Shown one piece after another: positions 40,605 to 52,033 of a stretch of DNA of 64,000 bases. The stretch is from Botryllus schlosseri. Lineage: Eukaryota. The first letter of the stretch is position 1. The number at the start of each line of letters is the position of its first letter. The notes beneath the pieces are model-generated. The model had not been told where the DNA came from. It saw nothing but the letters and a program-made list of their open reading frames with translations, and did no database searches. Position numbers and translations under genes: made by a program. The stretch covers positions 34,722,001-34,786,000 of the forward strand of contig CM119371.1 of the NCBI GenBank assembly GCA_051294905.1, read 5' to 3'.

Positions 40605-41178
40605 TCGGGCTGCATTTGAAACAGACTGTGTTTCCAAAGACTTTGGTTAAAACATGTTTTAAACAGTGTTTTAAACAATTGCTTTTTTGAAAAAACAAAA
40701 TTGTGTTGTTTTTTCAAACGTTGTCTAATTTTGCCATAATTGTGTAAATACATCCTAAAAAAATCAACATTAGCCTACGGACGAAATGCAGCCAAAATAG
40801 TCGACGTATACGATGTGTGGTGACTGGACCCCCGACACCGTCGTCGGTTCAACAGTTTTTGCGCGTAGATATAGATCATTGGTACGAAATGGGTGTTCTG
40901 ATGATGATGATGACCGCCGACCGTACAAATGCAGCATAACGATGTAGCCCTGGTTAAAGATATTTTCGTTCTGTTTATGACAGTGATTGGAAGCAGTTTT
41001 CGTCGGAGTAGCTATATTTACACCACATTTTCAATTGTCAATGTCAATCCAATGTGACGTCACCATTAAATATTCGTGACGTCATCACTAAACAAAACAA
41101 TAAAAAAAATGCTTTAGACAAGGGCCTTGTTTTACATATGTTTGTTTTAAATTGATTTTTGTTTCAAATGCAACCCTA
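40605..41178. mobile_element. hAT-type MITE; related inverted copy at ~62356-62803
   Basis: Ends GGGCTGCATTTGAAAC / GTTTCAAATGCAACCCTA; shared aaaacatgttt and gtgacgtca motifs. Confidence 0.65.
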
Positions 41179-41834
41179 ATTGGCACTGCGTACAATGCAT
41201 TATTGTTTATATAGCATGTGTAGTGCGGGGGCGGGCAACTTCTCCAGTCGGCGGGCCGGATATAGGAAAATTATGTACGTGGCGGGTCGGATCGCCGAAT
41301 CGATACATTATTCGCCCATTTATCCACATATACAAAGAATAAATCGTATTTAATGAATGTATTTTAACGACAGTAATGTCATTTTAAAGCCATTTCTCGC
41401 CGATAATGACGAAGACAATGTGGATTTGAGAATAGCATTGTCATACAGGCGCCGCCACGTCTGCTTCTCTCTGATCAATCCTTAGTTAAGATTTCAAGGC
41501 GTTCGTTAAGCCCGGTAACCCATATTTACCAAGATATCATTTCATTAGGGTTGAGTACATCGTAAATGCCGATATTGTAGTCTTCTCGCTTCGACGAACT
41601 TACGCGTAAGCTCCACTCTCGTACGCAGCGCACACACGCATTGGCCTAATAACATACAATCACTAGAATTTGACGTTTAAGCAAGTAGTGGTGAATCTCG
41701 GCAGACTGGGGTCGCGGGCCACATCATGTAAGACGGGAAACTGTAAGCCGGATAAAATCCCGTCACGGGTCAGATCCGCGGGTCCCTCCATGGTGTAGTG
41801 TACAGACTGCAGAATGTGCTCGTACAATGTACAA

Positions 41835-42444
41835 TAGGGCTGTTCAAAAATAACTTTTTTTCCTGAATCTTGCTGGTTACTTGATTAAATCGTTAGGTTG
41901 CCTTAAAAAACGACGCACACCAAATTTGAATTCATTCCGACAAATATTCGCGGTTTACGTAGAGTTTGAAAATTTTGGATTTGCCCATAAACGCAAAAAA
42001 AAAAATTTCGCAAATTTTTTTGCCAACCCCATGAAATTGTTGGGCTGTCTTCAAAAACTATGCAAAACAAATTTGACTCAATTCCAAGCCGTAGAAGCGG
42101 AGTTTTTCGGTGATAATTCTTGGATTATCCACCAATCAAGGATAATCCCAGAATTATCGAATAAAAACTGAAATAACTCCGCTTCTACGGCTTGGAATTG
42201 AGTCAAATTTGTTTTGCATAATTTTTGAAGACAGCCCAACAATTTCATGGGGTTGGCAGAAAAATTTGAAAAAAAAAATTTTTTGCGTTTTTGGGCAAAT
42301 CCAAAATTTTCAAACTCTACGTAACCCGCGAATATTTGTCGGAATGAATTCAAATTTGGTATGCGTCGTTTTTTAAGGCAACCTAACGATTTAATCAAGT
42401 AACCAGCAAGATTCAGGAAAAAAAGTTATTTTTGAACAGCCCTA
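41835..42444. mobile_element. 610-bp almost fully palindromic hAT MITE
   Basis: TAGGGCTGTTCAAAAATAAC...GTTATTTTTGAACAGCCCTA; the two halves are near-identical reverse complements (mirrored ORFs 41881+ and 42398-); perfect TSD atgtacaa. Confidence 0.93.
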
Positions 42445-42501
42445 ATGTACAATGAATGCTGTCAAAGTAACAATATTGTATGAGAATATAATGCTGTATA
42501 T

Positions 42502-43213
42502 CAGGGCCGGCCAACCCGTGGCCCGCGAGACGGTTTTGAGTGGCCCGCGAGGTAATTTCCGAAATTTCTAATATCATGAAAAATGGATTGCACAGATTGT
42601 GAACTTGCAAGGACAACCAAAAATTTGATTAGTCTGGCCGCAACACTTGAGAGGTGATGACTAAAATATCAGTTTCGACTCATTGAAAGATCCATCAACC
42701 ATTCACATATTGGTAGCCTGTATCTTCGTACACTACGATAAAGCAGGATAATTTGCGATAGATTTATCAAAGGTAAAAAAATTTCTGCATGCTTGGCGCA
42801 ATATGTTGTCACTCGGTTTCTTGTTTTTAAAATTGGTGCCCTTTTGTGCAAATTGAAGCACACCCAATGTATCAGATTGAGTCTAACTATATTCGCGATT
42901 ACGAGACAAAGTGTCGTTCAACATATGCGACCTTGCGTTTGCGCTAGCAGTAAGACCGTCGACTATGAAACCTAGGCATGAAATGATTGACGCATGTTGG
43001 TCGCAGCTTTCGATATCGATATGTCCATGCGCCGAATAGCCCAGTCCTCGCAAACTTAGCCCAACGATATACAGCAGGCCCGCAATATAGTCAAGTGACA
43101 ATATTATTGACCTATGAACTTCAACAAATTTTCGCGCTTCGCGCGGATAGTGGCCCGCGCAAAAGTTCGTCAATTGAATGTGGCCCTTTGGCTGAAAAGG
43201 TTGGCCAGCCCTG
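42502..43213. mobile_element. hAT MITE; related 5' end at ~35982
   Basis: TIR CAGGGCCGGCCAACC / GGTTGGCCAGCCCTG; TSD ctgtatat / ctgtgtat (7/8). Confidence 0.85.
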
Positions 43214-43263
43214 CTGTGTATGATAAGCTACTCAGCGTTGACTGAAAACAATTCTCTTTACAG

Positions 43264-43384
43264 GCGCCTTCGAGAAACATGTCGACTTTCGCCAAATAAT
43301 GTGCGGCAGGAAGTTCGTGGTAGTCTATTGCAGGTCTGGCCGCAGAGCCCAACAGGCGGTGGAAGTTCTGAAATCCATTATCCC
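43264..43384 (+). CDS. Rhodanese exon B (active-site loop)
   Basis: tctctttacag|GC...CC|gtaagt (phase 1-2); GAFEKHVDFRQIMCGRKFVVVYCRSGRRAQQAVEVLKSIIP contains the catalytic loop CRSGRR. Confidence 0.92.
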
Positions 43385-43514
43385 GTAAGTTTTCGGATGA
43401 CATTTACGAACGTGACGAGTACACTAGCAATGGTGTTGCATTTGCATCACACAATCATCCTGGCGCTGAAAATGCCGATGCAGAGTCTCTTCAGATCCAT
43501 ACAAATAACTTCCG

Positions 43515-43640
43515 GGGAAGCGAGTGGCGCGGTTGGTTAAGCGCCAGCGTCACGACACCAATGGCTGTGGTTCGAATCCCGGTTCGAACTATCTTCTATG
43601 TGTCGGAGGTTCAACTGGGCTCCTCATCGCTAACCTCACT
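43515..43640 (+). mobile_element. tRNA-derived SINE head (inverted copies at ~10340-10450 and ~51085-51130)
   Basis: A box TGGCGCGGTTGG and B box GGTTCGAATCCC; the downstream body ctgggctcctcatcgc is shared with the 10340 copy; no proper anticodon or acceptor stems. Confidence 0.7.
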
Positions 43641-43967
43641 GCAATAGCAGTGTCTCGAAAAGCCCAGTATGATGGTGAGCCGCGCCAGTAAGAAGTCGGC
43701 AGTAAAGAACAAGTCCGGACGCATGAAAGAGAGAGAGACTGAAATTGAGAGCGCGCGAGTGTGGAAGTCGTCCGGAAAGAATACCAAAAAGCAAAGAACC
43801 TGAACATTACTGATATCATTGTCGTGGTGTACATGACCTTAATAGGCGATAAACACCACTGTTGTATGTGTCAAATAAACCAAACAAATAACTTCCTTGG
43901 CTATTCTCTTTCATTCCGAGCGCGCCTAGCCACGGGCTCGAACAAATGAGGAAAGCCATACTACAAA

Positions 43968-44006
43968 CAGGGATATATAGAACTTAAGTAGTTCTATATA
44001 TCCCTG
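43968..44006. mobile_element. 39-bp hairpin micro-element with hAT-like CAGGG ends
   Basis: CAGGGATATATAGAACT-TAAGT-AGTTCTATATATCCCTG (17-bp perfect arms); flanks actacaaa / gctataaa (6/8); an interrupted second copy at 5363-6372. Confidence 0.65.
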
Positions 44007-44263
44007 GCTATAAAATGAAGCACACTGCTTGGCTACAGACTAGTAATAGCTTAATTTTCCAAGCCGGGACATACGTTGTGTAGCTGGGATACTGTACCAT
44101 CATAATTAACAAGTCTCCAAATCAATACTGGTTAAGTATCGGGCTGATGGCTTGACATGATAGTCTCCAAGCCCTGGAGTAAACAGAATGAAAATTCTTT
44201 CAAGTGGATGTTGAAAATGAAAAAAAAGACATGCGGTTTTCATGGCAATGCCAATCTTTAAAT

Positions 44264-45150
44264 CAGGGGCGGGCAACATACGGCCCGCGGGCCGGAACCA
44301 GCCCGCGACGGGATTTTATGCGGCCCGCCGACAGTTTTTGGTCTGGGTCTTACGTGATGATGAGGCCAGCGTCGCCGTCTACAGGCATTAATGCGCAAAC
44401 ATTTTCGAGTAGGAACATGAGCAAGACAAAGCGACGATCCAATACAACTGATGTTCACTGTATTGACGTTGCCATGGGCGAATGGGACCATGCCATTCCC
44501 AAGTTTTTCGAGAATATACGTAATATTTATAAGAAGTGGAATATTATCGGGCAGATGGATTCAAACTAAAAAAGAATTCGCGCACACGGCGCGATTTAGT
44601 GTCTCTACGTACGTGACTTGATTATGAGAATACAGTATCATAAATACACTAGAATAGCCCGCGTTTTCAACAAAAGAATCAATAAGAAAGAACGGGCCCG
44701 AAGTGAATAATCTGCCATAAGCTCATGAATGTATATTCTTATGTCATGATCAATGTTCAAAATTATACGTGCTGTAAATTTTCGAAGAAACCACTTGCTC
44801 ATACACTCACCAATATCATTGATCAAATTCATTCATTTATGCAAAAAATTTTCGCGCTTGGCGCGACTACAAACCAGATATTCTCTGATTTTTCATCACA
44901 TTCATATCTCTAACTTGGGCTCGCCTGTGAATCGGTCGCCCAATCCAGATATACTTCGCAACTGCAGAAATGCGTGCATCTCTGAATTGTATGTACAAAG
45001 GGTAGTGCAGGGTAGGTAGGATGGACGGATCTGTGGCGAGTTCACAAAGGGGAGTTCCCCTAAACTCATAGAAAAAATTCAGGAATGCAGCCCGCCTCAT
45101 GTTCATGTTCCCCTATCCGGCCCGCTGAATGGAGAAGTTGCCCGCAACTG
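44264..45150. mobile_element. hAT (Charlie-like) MITE
   Basis: Ends CAGGGGCGGGCAAC / GTTGCCCGCAACTG; TSD ctttaaat / ctttaaag (7/8). Confidence 0.8.
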
Positions 45151-45475
45151 CTTTAAAGGATGCAACTAATGCCAAACGGACATTGTACTCTTAAAAATAC
45201 AAATTGAGAGAATTAAGTTATTTTGCCTAAAAACAGTTCAACTAGCAGTGAAAGTAATCGTCATACATAACCCCTTGAGTGCGTGGTGCAAGTAGTCAAA
45301 ATAAATTTCAATACGACGACAAACGGCACGATGGCCAAACTATCACTGACGGCCGCTAGCTGGCACCATAGGCTAAATTGGCTCGCTCTGCCAAATGTAC
45401 CGAAACCCAAGTATTTTAGATCGTACAATTGATGAGTACTACATCTTATTGAATGCTTGTGTGCTGTGTTTTCAG

Positions 45476-45542
45476 GATCAAGATATACCCTGGATCGTGG
45501 CTAGAGTGGAGCAGGTTGAATCCGAGAAATGTCATCGAATAG
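45476..45542 (+). CDS. Rhodanese terminal coding exon
   Basis: gtgttttcag|G in phase 2 gives (P)IKIYPGSWLEWSRLNPRNVIE*, with the rhodanese C-terminal signature YxGSWxEW. Confidence 0.92.
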
Positions 45543-46079
45543 GCATAGCATTACTATCCAGTTATCAGCTGTACCGAAATGAAGTAATGCGAAATTGAAG
45601 TCATACCAGATCGAAATATACGTATGATGTACAAGCGTTCGGTCAAACGCATAAAATATTATTGCACCGCAAGTATGGAGGAGTAAGGTTAATTTAATAC
45701 CAGTTACAATCGATTTTGAGCTCGGATGATCAGCTACAAGATTCTCACCTCTGTTTACGAAGCCGCCAGTATGTTAGCACATCCGGTCGCCCAGCCGTGA
45801 AGTCACGTGTTTCACACCTATCCGCATATTATTTGTCTATAAGCGAACACTCGTATAATATCGAGCACCCCGTCTTCTTTGTAACAAACGGTAAAATATC
45901 TCAAAGGCTTGTCCTCAGCCGAAGACCTGACACTGACACACAGAATCCAGATTGAAAAAACACTGTTATACTCTGTTAGGTATATCTTCATTTCTGACAA
46001 TGACGAGGCTCACGAAAGTTGCTACGAAGGGTGCAATGCGACCACCATGGTTAACATAATATCAACTTATTTCTGGAAT

Positions 46080-46335
46080 TTATTGCTCATATTCATAAGT
46101 AGCAGTCACGTCGTTCGAATTTTCCACTCTACATGAAGGCACTAAATAATGAGTATAACTTTCAGCGGAACCAACAGCGTGATAGCAGTTGTCGTTTGGG
46201 GATACATGGAGGCCTGAGTCGGCATGCTTGGCTCCGTCCTCTGACACGCGATCAGTTATATGGTAGGCTGCGATATCACTATATTTCACCTGGTCGAAAT
46301 CCTGTTGCGGTCCTTTCGAATTTTTCATTCGCAAT
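46080..46335 (-). CDS. CUB-like receptor exon 5 (cytoplasmic tail with tyrosine motifs, stop)
   Basis: ttctctatacag|A in phase 2; (R)LRMKNSKGPQQDFDQVKYSDIAAY...NCYHAV...THYLVP...ATYEYEQ*; AATAAA overlaps the stop. Confidence 0.75.
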
Positions 46336-46437
46336 CTGTATAGAGAAATTCATACGCGAAAGCGTTAATCGAATCCGAGTTCGAATTCAGAATTTCAAGC
46401 CGAATATTTCGGCTAATACAAATGACTGTATATAGAT

Positions 46438-47019
46438 CACGGTTCTAACCAAGTAACAAGGTTCTGAGTCACAAGTCAATCTCACTTTTATAGTTTTGAC
46501 TCGAGTCAAGTCGAGTCATTATTAATTCGTCGCCGAGTCAAGTCCGAGTCGAAGTCAGTGGTTAGAGGGTCAATACCGAGTCATAGTCTTGATACTCGAG
46601 TCCGAGTCCAAGTCTCTGGGTTCACTGTTCAGTTTTGAGTTCAATCCCTTTCAACCCACGTTTTTCAACTCTGATCGGGTGGTATAGAATGACTCGCATT
46701 TATAATATCGTAATTTTCCTCAGCCCGGAAAGTTTTTGGCCCTATTTTCCAAGCAGCACAATTGATAGACGAAATACCAATGATGTGGTAACTTTACTAT
46801 TCTTCGAAGTTACAATGAAATGCCTGTCTTGGCCGTCCTAATCTCGAGTCATATGATTTGGTTCGAGTCATGCACAATGACTCGAGTACAAGTCGAGTCA
46901 ATACACAATTTGACTCGAGTCGAGTCATTTCACGCTTTTGAAAAAATTACTCGAGTCAAGTCTAGTCACCAAAAAATCGTTACTCTAGTCGAGTAATGAC
47001 TCGAGTCATTACAACACTG
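46438..47019. mobile_element. hAT MITE, GACTCGAGTC family
   Basis: Collinear with 27613-28163 in inverted orientation; flanks atatagat / gcatagat. Confidence 0.75.
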
Positions 47020-47884
47020 GCATAGATAAAATTTTCGACGGTATGTTCAGTTGTTTTCTTTGTTCAGGTTCCGTGGTATAGGGATCATTTCACTTTGCTC
47101 TAGTGACAATTTCTCTCAAAAACGTGATACAAACTCATCCAAAAACCACATTATAATTTTCAAAATCCTATGTATGAAAAGTGAGTAGATTTGCCTCAAA
47201 AACTTTCAAGTAATCTACGAATCCTAAAGCATTCCGCTCTAGTACAGTATTACAAGTAGGCCAGAGGCGAGCAACTTCTTCAGCCTGCGGGCGGAATATG
47301 AGAAAAATGAAGTAGCCTACTTGGCGGGCCGGATTCCTGAATCGAGACATTAATCGCGTATTTATCCACCTATATAAGAAATAAATCATGATTAATGTAA
47401 ATTTTAAGCGTGGGGCATAGGGATCGAAAACAGTAGTCAATAAATTCATTAACGTAATGTACTGTGGTCGATCAAAGTTGTCAACAAGTCAACTCTGGCT
47501 GCATGTTGGACATACAACCCTTAGTAACGACTGCACGTGAACATAAGTTTTATTGGAACGCTGCTTTGTCTCGTTAATTTGGACGTTCGAAAAGGTTTGC
47601 TCGCGAAGGTATGTAGCCTAGATGCGGGCCGCGGGTAACATTATCATGTAAGACCGGAAGCTGTCCAGGGGCCGCTCATAATCTCGTCGCGGGACGGATT
47701 CGGCCCGCGGGCCGTATGTTGCCCGCCCTGAAGCACAGGCGAAACCAATACTTGAATATTTCTTAACAGTAGAGTACTCGATTACTGACAACCTCTGAAC
47801 TTATGTCGAAAACTTACAATGTCCACTTGTCTCATAGTCGGTGTCATGGCGAGTTTTGACGGTCAGTAGCGGTAGTTTACTCAC

Positions 47885-48065
47885 CGCTTGCACAGTATGG
47901 CTACGGTAGCTGAACATCCCAGCAGCGACATCCCGCAAAGAGCTAATAATCCGACCATAATCCAAGTTAACGGTGTCTCAATGCTCGTGGACTGCTGTGA
48001 TTCGGTGGACGAGATTTGTGGAACGGTTGTTTGTTGGTAATTTGATGTCGAGACTTGCACTGGTT
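47885..48065 (-). CDS. CUB-like receptor exon 4 (Ser/Thr-rich stalk and transmembrane helix)
   Basis: cacttttatag|AA...CG|gtgagt (phase 1-2); EPVQVSTSNYQQTTVPQISSTESQQSTSIETPLTWIMVGLLALCGMSLLGCSATVAILCKR. Confidence 0.85.
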
Positions 48066-49985
48066 CTATAAAAGTGATTAAACTGAATCATGATAGATAA
48101 AGCCAGTGGATATAGTGGCGCATATCAGGCGTAAAGGTTCTTTTTTGCGTAACGGATAGAGATAAGTTAATGCTATAAACCACATCAAGATATAACATAT
48201 TGATATATCACGAAAATACTACACATCTGCATACATTCTACAAACGTGCAAATGAACACCAGTATAAATAGGTTTTATAACGTTCTTCCCCTCGATCTAA
48301 ATCTAGATTCAATAATGGTATGCGGCAAGTCCTTCGGCGTTCAACAAGTTGTCATTACGAACTAAGGCAAGAGCAAATTGTGATTAATCTCATTTCTAAC
48401 TGGAGTCGACCCTTACGACTGCTGCGGCCATTTCGCGACCCAGCTACCACCTTATGATTGCTTGTTCCGTAGCGATCCTCGTTAAGTAATGTCAGTTTGA
48501 CAATCAAATCGATATATTTGCTGTTACTAATTTTGGCTATTTCCAAGCGATATCAGTATAATATACCATATGCATTTTATAAATATAACATAGCACCCCC
48601 TCTTTTATAACAATAACCTTTCGTGGGCCGTTATAGAGACTGTGCTAAGAGATTAATCAGATTCCAAACATTAGATTTAAAATTCATTTATCCAGTATAC
48701 TAAACGGGGGAAACCTCATTCCATATTTCCATACAATTGGCGGATCCCACAAGCTGTGGATTTGATAGCTATAGTTCATTGGTTTTTTCCACGTTCTTCC
48801 AACGGTCGTTATAACCAAAACTAAAATCGATTGATTCGCTTATCAATATTCATTCCATACCCCCACTCAACATTGGAGGCCTGCTGCAATGCTGCATACA
48901 TTTCCAGCGGGTTCCAGGAAAAGTTGGCAGGGAAGAGGCAGCCAAAATTGTCATTGATGCTACTTATGTAGAAGTGGAAGTGATTGGATTACGAGGCGAA
49001 CAGGGCAGTTCTAGAAATCCTTGGAGGCGAAGTGTAAATTTATACTTAATCACTGTGTACTGGGTATACCGCTGCTATATCGGTCTTCAGGACACCCATA
49101 AACTTCTTCAAAGTATTAGCAGGAAGCGAGATTAAATGAAACGCAACTTTGAAGTGGTTGAACGAGACACGAAGCGCCGCAGACTTTTATGAGTCATTCA
49201 CTACTGAAAAACTACAAACTCTGCGTGATACATCTCCACAACTAACGCAAAAAGTGCCAGTGTCACGTATCAGCGCGATTCCAAAATTATATAACATTAA
49301 CGTCACACGCGTCTGCACATCTGCATGTTGGAATGACGCTATCCCTCAGTAGATGACGCAAACATGTTCTGTAACTATGAATAGCGAGCAAGTGTAGTCT
49401 AACAACCAAGGTTGTAATGACTCGACTCATGTCTCAAATCGGCGCGCAATTTTTTGTTGACTCGAATTGACTCCAGACTTTTTTAAAAATGAAAAATGAC
49501 TCGACTCGACTTGTACTCGAGTCATTGCGCACGACTCGACGAAGTCGTATGACTTAACACATTCTATATGAATTACTCAAGTCTCGTATATCAGGAGCGG
49601 TACTAGAAAAATAGGCCCAGGTCTTTTATCTGTTTGAATAAACATGTTTGGAGTGAGAAAAATTAGTATATTTTGAATTCGAGGTGTTCGTAATCACCCA
49701 AGAGTTTCACAGAAGTGCGTTGAACGTGACTGGATCTCGATAATGAACAGTAAACACTATGTCTCGACTTGACCCGAGTCAAAACTATAAAAGTCAAATT
49801 GACTTGTGACTAGGAACCTTTTGACTTCGTTGCAACCCTGCTAAAACACACTCAATTTATCAATAATCAATCATCGTCAGAATCTATTTTTATCTCAACA
49901 AGACACGCATAAGGCACAATGCGATACACAAGACACAATGCTTATATAATAGCCAAACCAACTTGACTATAAGTACTTTACTTAC

Positions 49986-50210
49986 CGATGTTACACGGAA
50001 AAAGCTTGTAGTCAAACGAAAACGACATATTTCCTTCGCTTTTTACTTGGTACCGAACATTCTTTATCGTCGTAACATTATTGTTTATCCAAACGAAATC
50101 CGTGCAGTTATCACTCTGAATGGCTTCCGGGACCCGTCTTTTATCGCACGAAGAGGAATGAGAATAGACAATGCAAAAACCGATTGGCATTTGGCAGAAC
50201 CCTGGCATGT
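49986..50210 (-). CDS. CUB-like receptor exon 3 (second half of ectodomain)
   Basis: tatctcacag|AC...G|gtaagt (phase 1-1); DMPGFCQMPIGFCIVYSHSSSCDK...NCTDFVW...GNMSFSFDYKLFPCNI. Confidence 0.8.
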
Positions 50211-51225
50211 CTGTGAGATACCAGGGTATGAGTCATTAAATACTGCTGTGCGGCATGAGGTTAACTATAAAGCTCTGTACCCAGAACATACAAGCAACCA
50301 TTTTCAAGATTCAAAATATTGAATGACATTTGCAGAAGTCGTTGGCAACAACGCACGTCTACTATTTTGGATTAGCCTATACCCAAGCGGAGTTTGAGTA
50401 GTTGAACTACTTACTCAAGAGCTTGCTCAAGATTTTACACCTCTTCCAGTTGTACTCAAACAGTTTGTTCAGGCAAGACTACTCAGTTTCTTTTTTACAA
50501 TTTGACTGTTGAAAGGTAGAAATTATGTTTCGGGGTAAGTTTGCTTCACTTATATGATCAAAATTGTCATACGAACCCCGTGAAATAAACCTTGCATCAC
50601 GATAACTGAATATACCATCAGAAATTTACCATTATGTTCTGTTACTATTTATTTTTAGTGAGTCGCGAAGATACATCCGGTCATTTATTAGTCGACCTCC
50701 GATTAATTGCCAAAAGTCTGCCATCCATTCACCAAATCCACTCATTCCTATTTTCATATCGTTTTTACGTAGTTTTTGCATGTCTAGAAAATCGTTGCTT
50801 CTATAATAGTAATTGAATATAAATTTACGGACCTACTTCGAGTTTTTAATAATATTATTGTTGTCACAACACAGTGGCCCTTATCGCCTTTTCAGGCTAT
50901 GTCCACCACGACACGAATTTATGGTAATGTTCATTTCTTTGACTTCGTAATCTTTTGGGGACCACTTTCCATTCTTGCTCCCAGTCAATTTCAGTCCCTT
51001 TCGCTCCCATGCGTTCCCATCGTGGTCTCTGCTGCCGACATGTAGCACAGCTGACTTTCAGTCTGGGATTTTCAATGCACTATCGTTGGTGTCGTGACTG
51101 CACTATTTGACCAACTGCGCCACTCGGTTCCTTACCACTTGTAGTTCCATTTACAAATATCCATTTCAGTAGCAATATTAACTTCTTTGATCACATCTAG
51201 ATATTTGTAATCTCATCAAACCAAC

Positions 51226-51453
51226 CTGAAAATCTTAGTAATCCGGCGCATAAGCCACTTTCATACAACGATAGCGATGCGAGCTTGATGATTATCACAT
51301 TTCTTTGTGGTGCGGAGACTGGGAATGACCATTTGCACACTGCTGACACCGTTTCGTTACCTTCGTAACTGACAGTTCCGGAAGACTTATCGAGGATTTG
51401 AGAAGCCGGTGCGTATGCGGGACACAGTGCAGCGCCGAGCTTGCTGCTTGCTC
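51226..51453 (-). CDS. CUB-like receptor exon 2 (first half of CUB-like domain)
   Basis: tattttgcag|GA...G|gttggt (phase 1-1); LCPAY...ILDKSSGTVSY...VCKWSFPV...VIIIKLASLSL...LCAGLLRFS resembles the CUB pattern C...lxxxsGxi...CxWxi...ixlxf...C...l. Confidence 0.8.
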
Positions 51454-51586
51454 CTGCAAAATACGTGGGTGTCAAATCATTAGTCGCAAAGGCTGGAGAA
51501 TCATGATCAGTGTAGCATCAACCCATCCAATGATCCCGGAGTGTGCTGATACGAAGAGGTGGCCAGTAACGAAGTGCTTCTACATT

Positions 51587-51658
51587 TCCGCAGTAGTCAG
51601 ATAGTATTGTGTATAGTAGCACTCCGCAGTAGTCAGATAGTATTGTGTATAGTAGCAC
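51587..51658. repeat. Perfect 36-bp direct tandem duplication
   Basis: tccgcagtagtcagatagtattgtgtatagtagcac twice in a row. Confidence 0.95.
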
Positions 51659-51999
51659 TATTACTCAAAAGTGGTTTTGTTTACTTTACAGACTACGAGG
51701 GATATAGAATGACTCGCATTCCCAATACAGTCATTTTTATCAGTTTTAACCATTGCCGACCCTATCAGACGAGCTACCAGTAATGGTAACGTAACTATTA
51801 CTCGAAGTTACAATGAAATATCTTAGCCGTCCTAGTCTCGAGTCATACGACTTGTTTCGAGTCATGCAGAATGACTCGCGTACAAGTCGGGTTAATACAA
51901 AAATTGACTCGACTCGAGTCATTTTACGAATTTGAAAAAATGACTCGAGTCAAGTCGAGTCACCAAAATCTGGTTTGCATCCTGTGAACATCGTCTTAC

Positions 52000-52033
52000 C
52001 TAGTAAGATTGCTGCAAGTACACATAGCTGCAT
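52000..52033 (-). CDS. CUB-like receptor exon 1 (signal peptide)
   Basis: aacATG CAG CTA TGT GTA CTT GCA GCA ATC TTA CTA G|gtaag = MQLCVLAAILL; phase 1 joins exon 2 to give MQLCVLAAILLGASSKLGAA. Confidence 0.75.

Noticed and set aside
41881..42398. Mirror-image ORFs MIKSLGCLKK on both strands
   Set aside because: A consequence of the palindromic MITE; non-ATG starts.
43515..43590. tRNA gene
   Set aside because: A and B boxes are present but there is no proper anticodon or acceptor stem, and the downstream body is shared with other dispersed copies, so it is a SINE head.
45980..46262. Plus-strand exon-like segments as alternative rhodanese 3' exons, including a TGA at a Trp-like position (GYMEA*)
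   Set aside because: The exon at 45476 supplies the canonical YPGSWLEW in the right phase; these segments are better explained as UTR or antisense to the receptor's last exon.
48851..49135. ~95-codon plus-strand open frame in receptor intron 3
   Set aside because: No ATG, no convincing splice sites and no recognisable domain.
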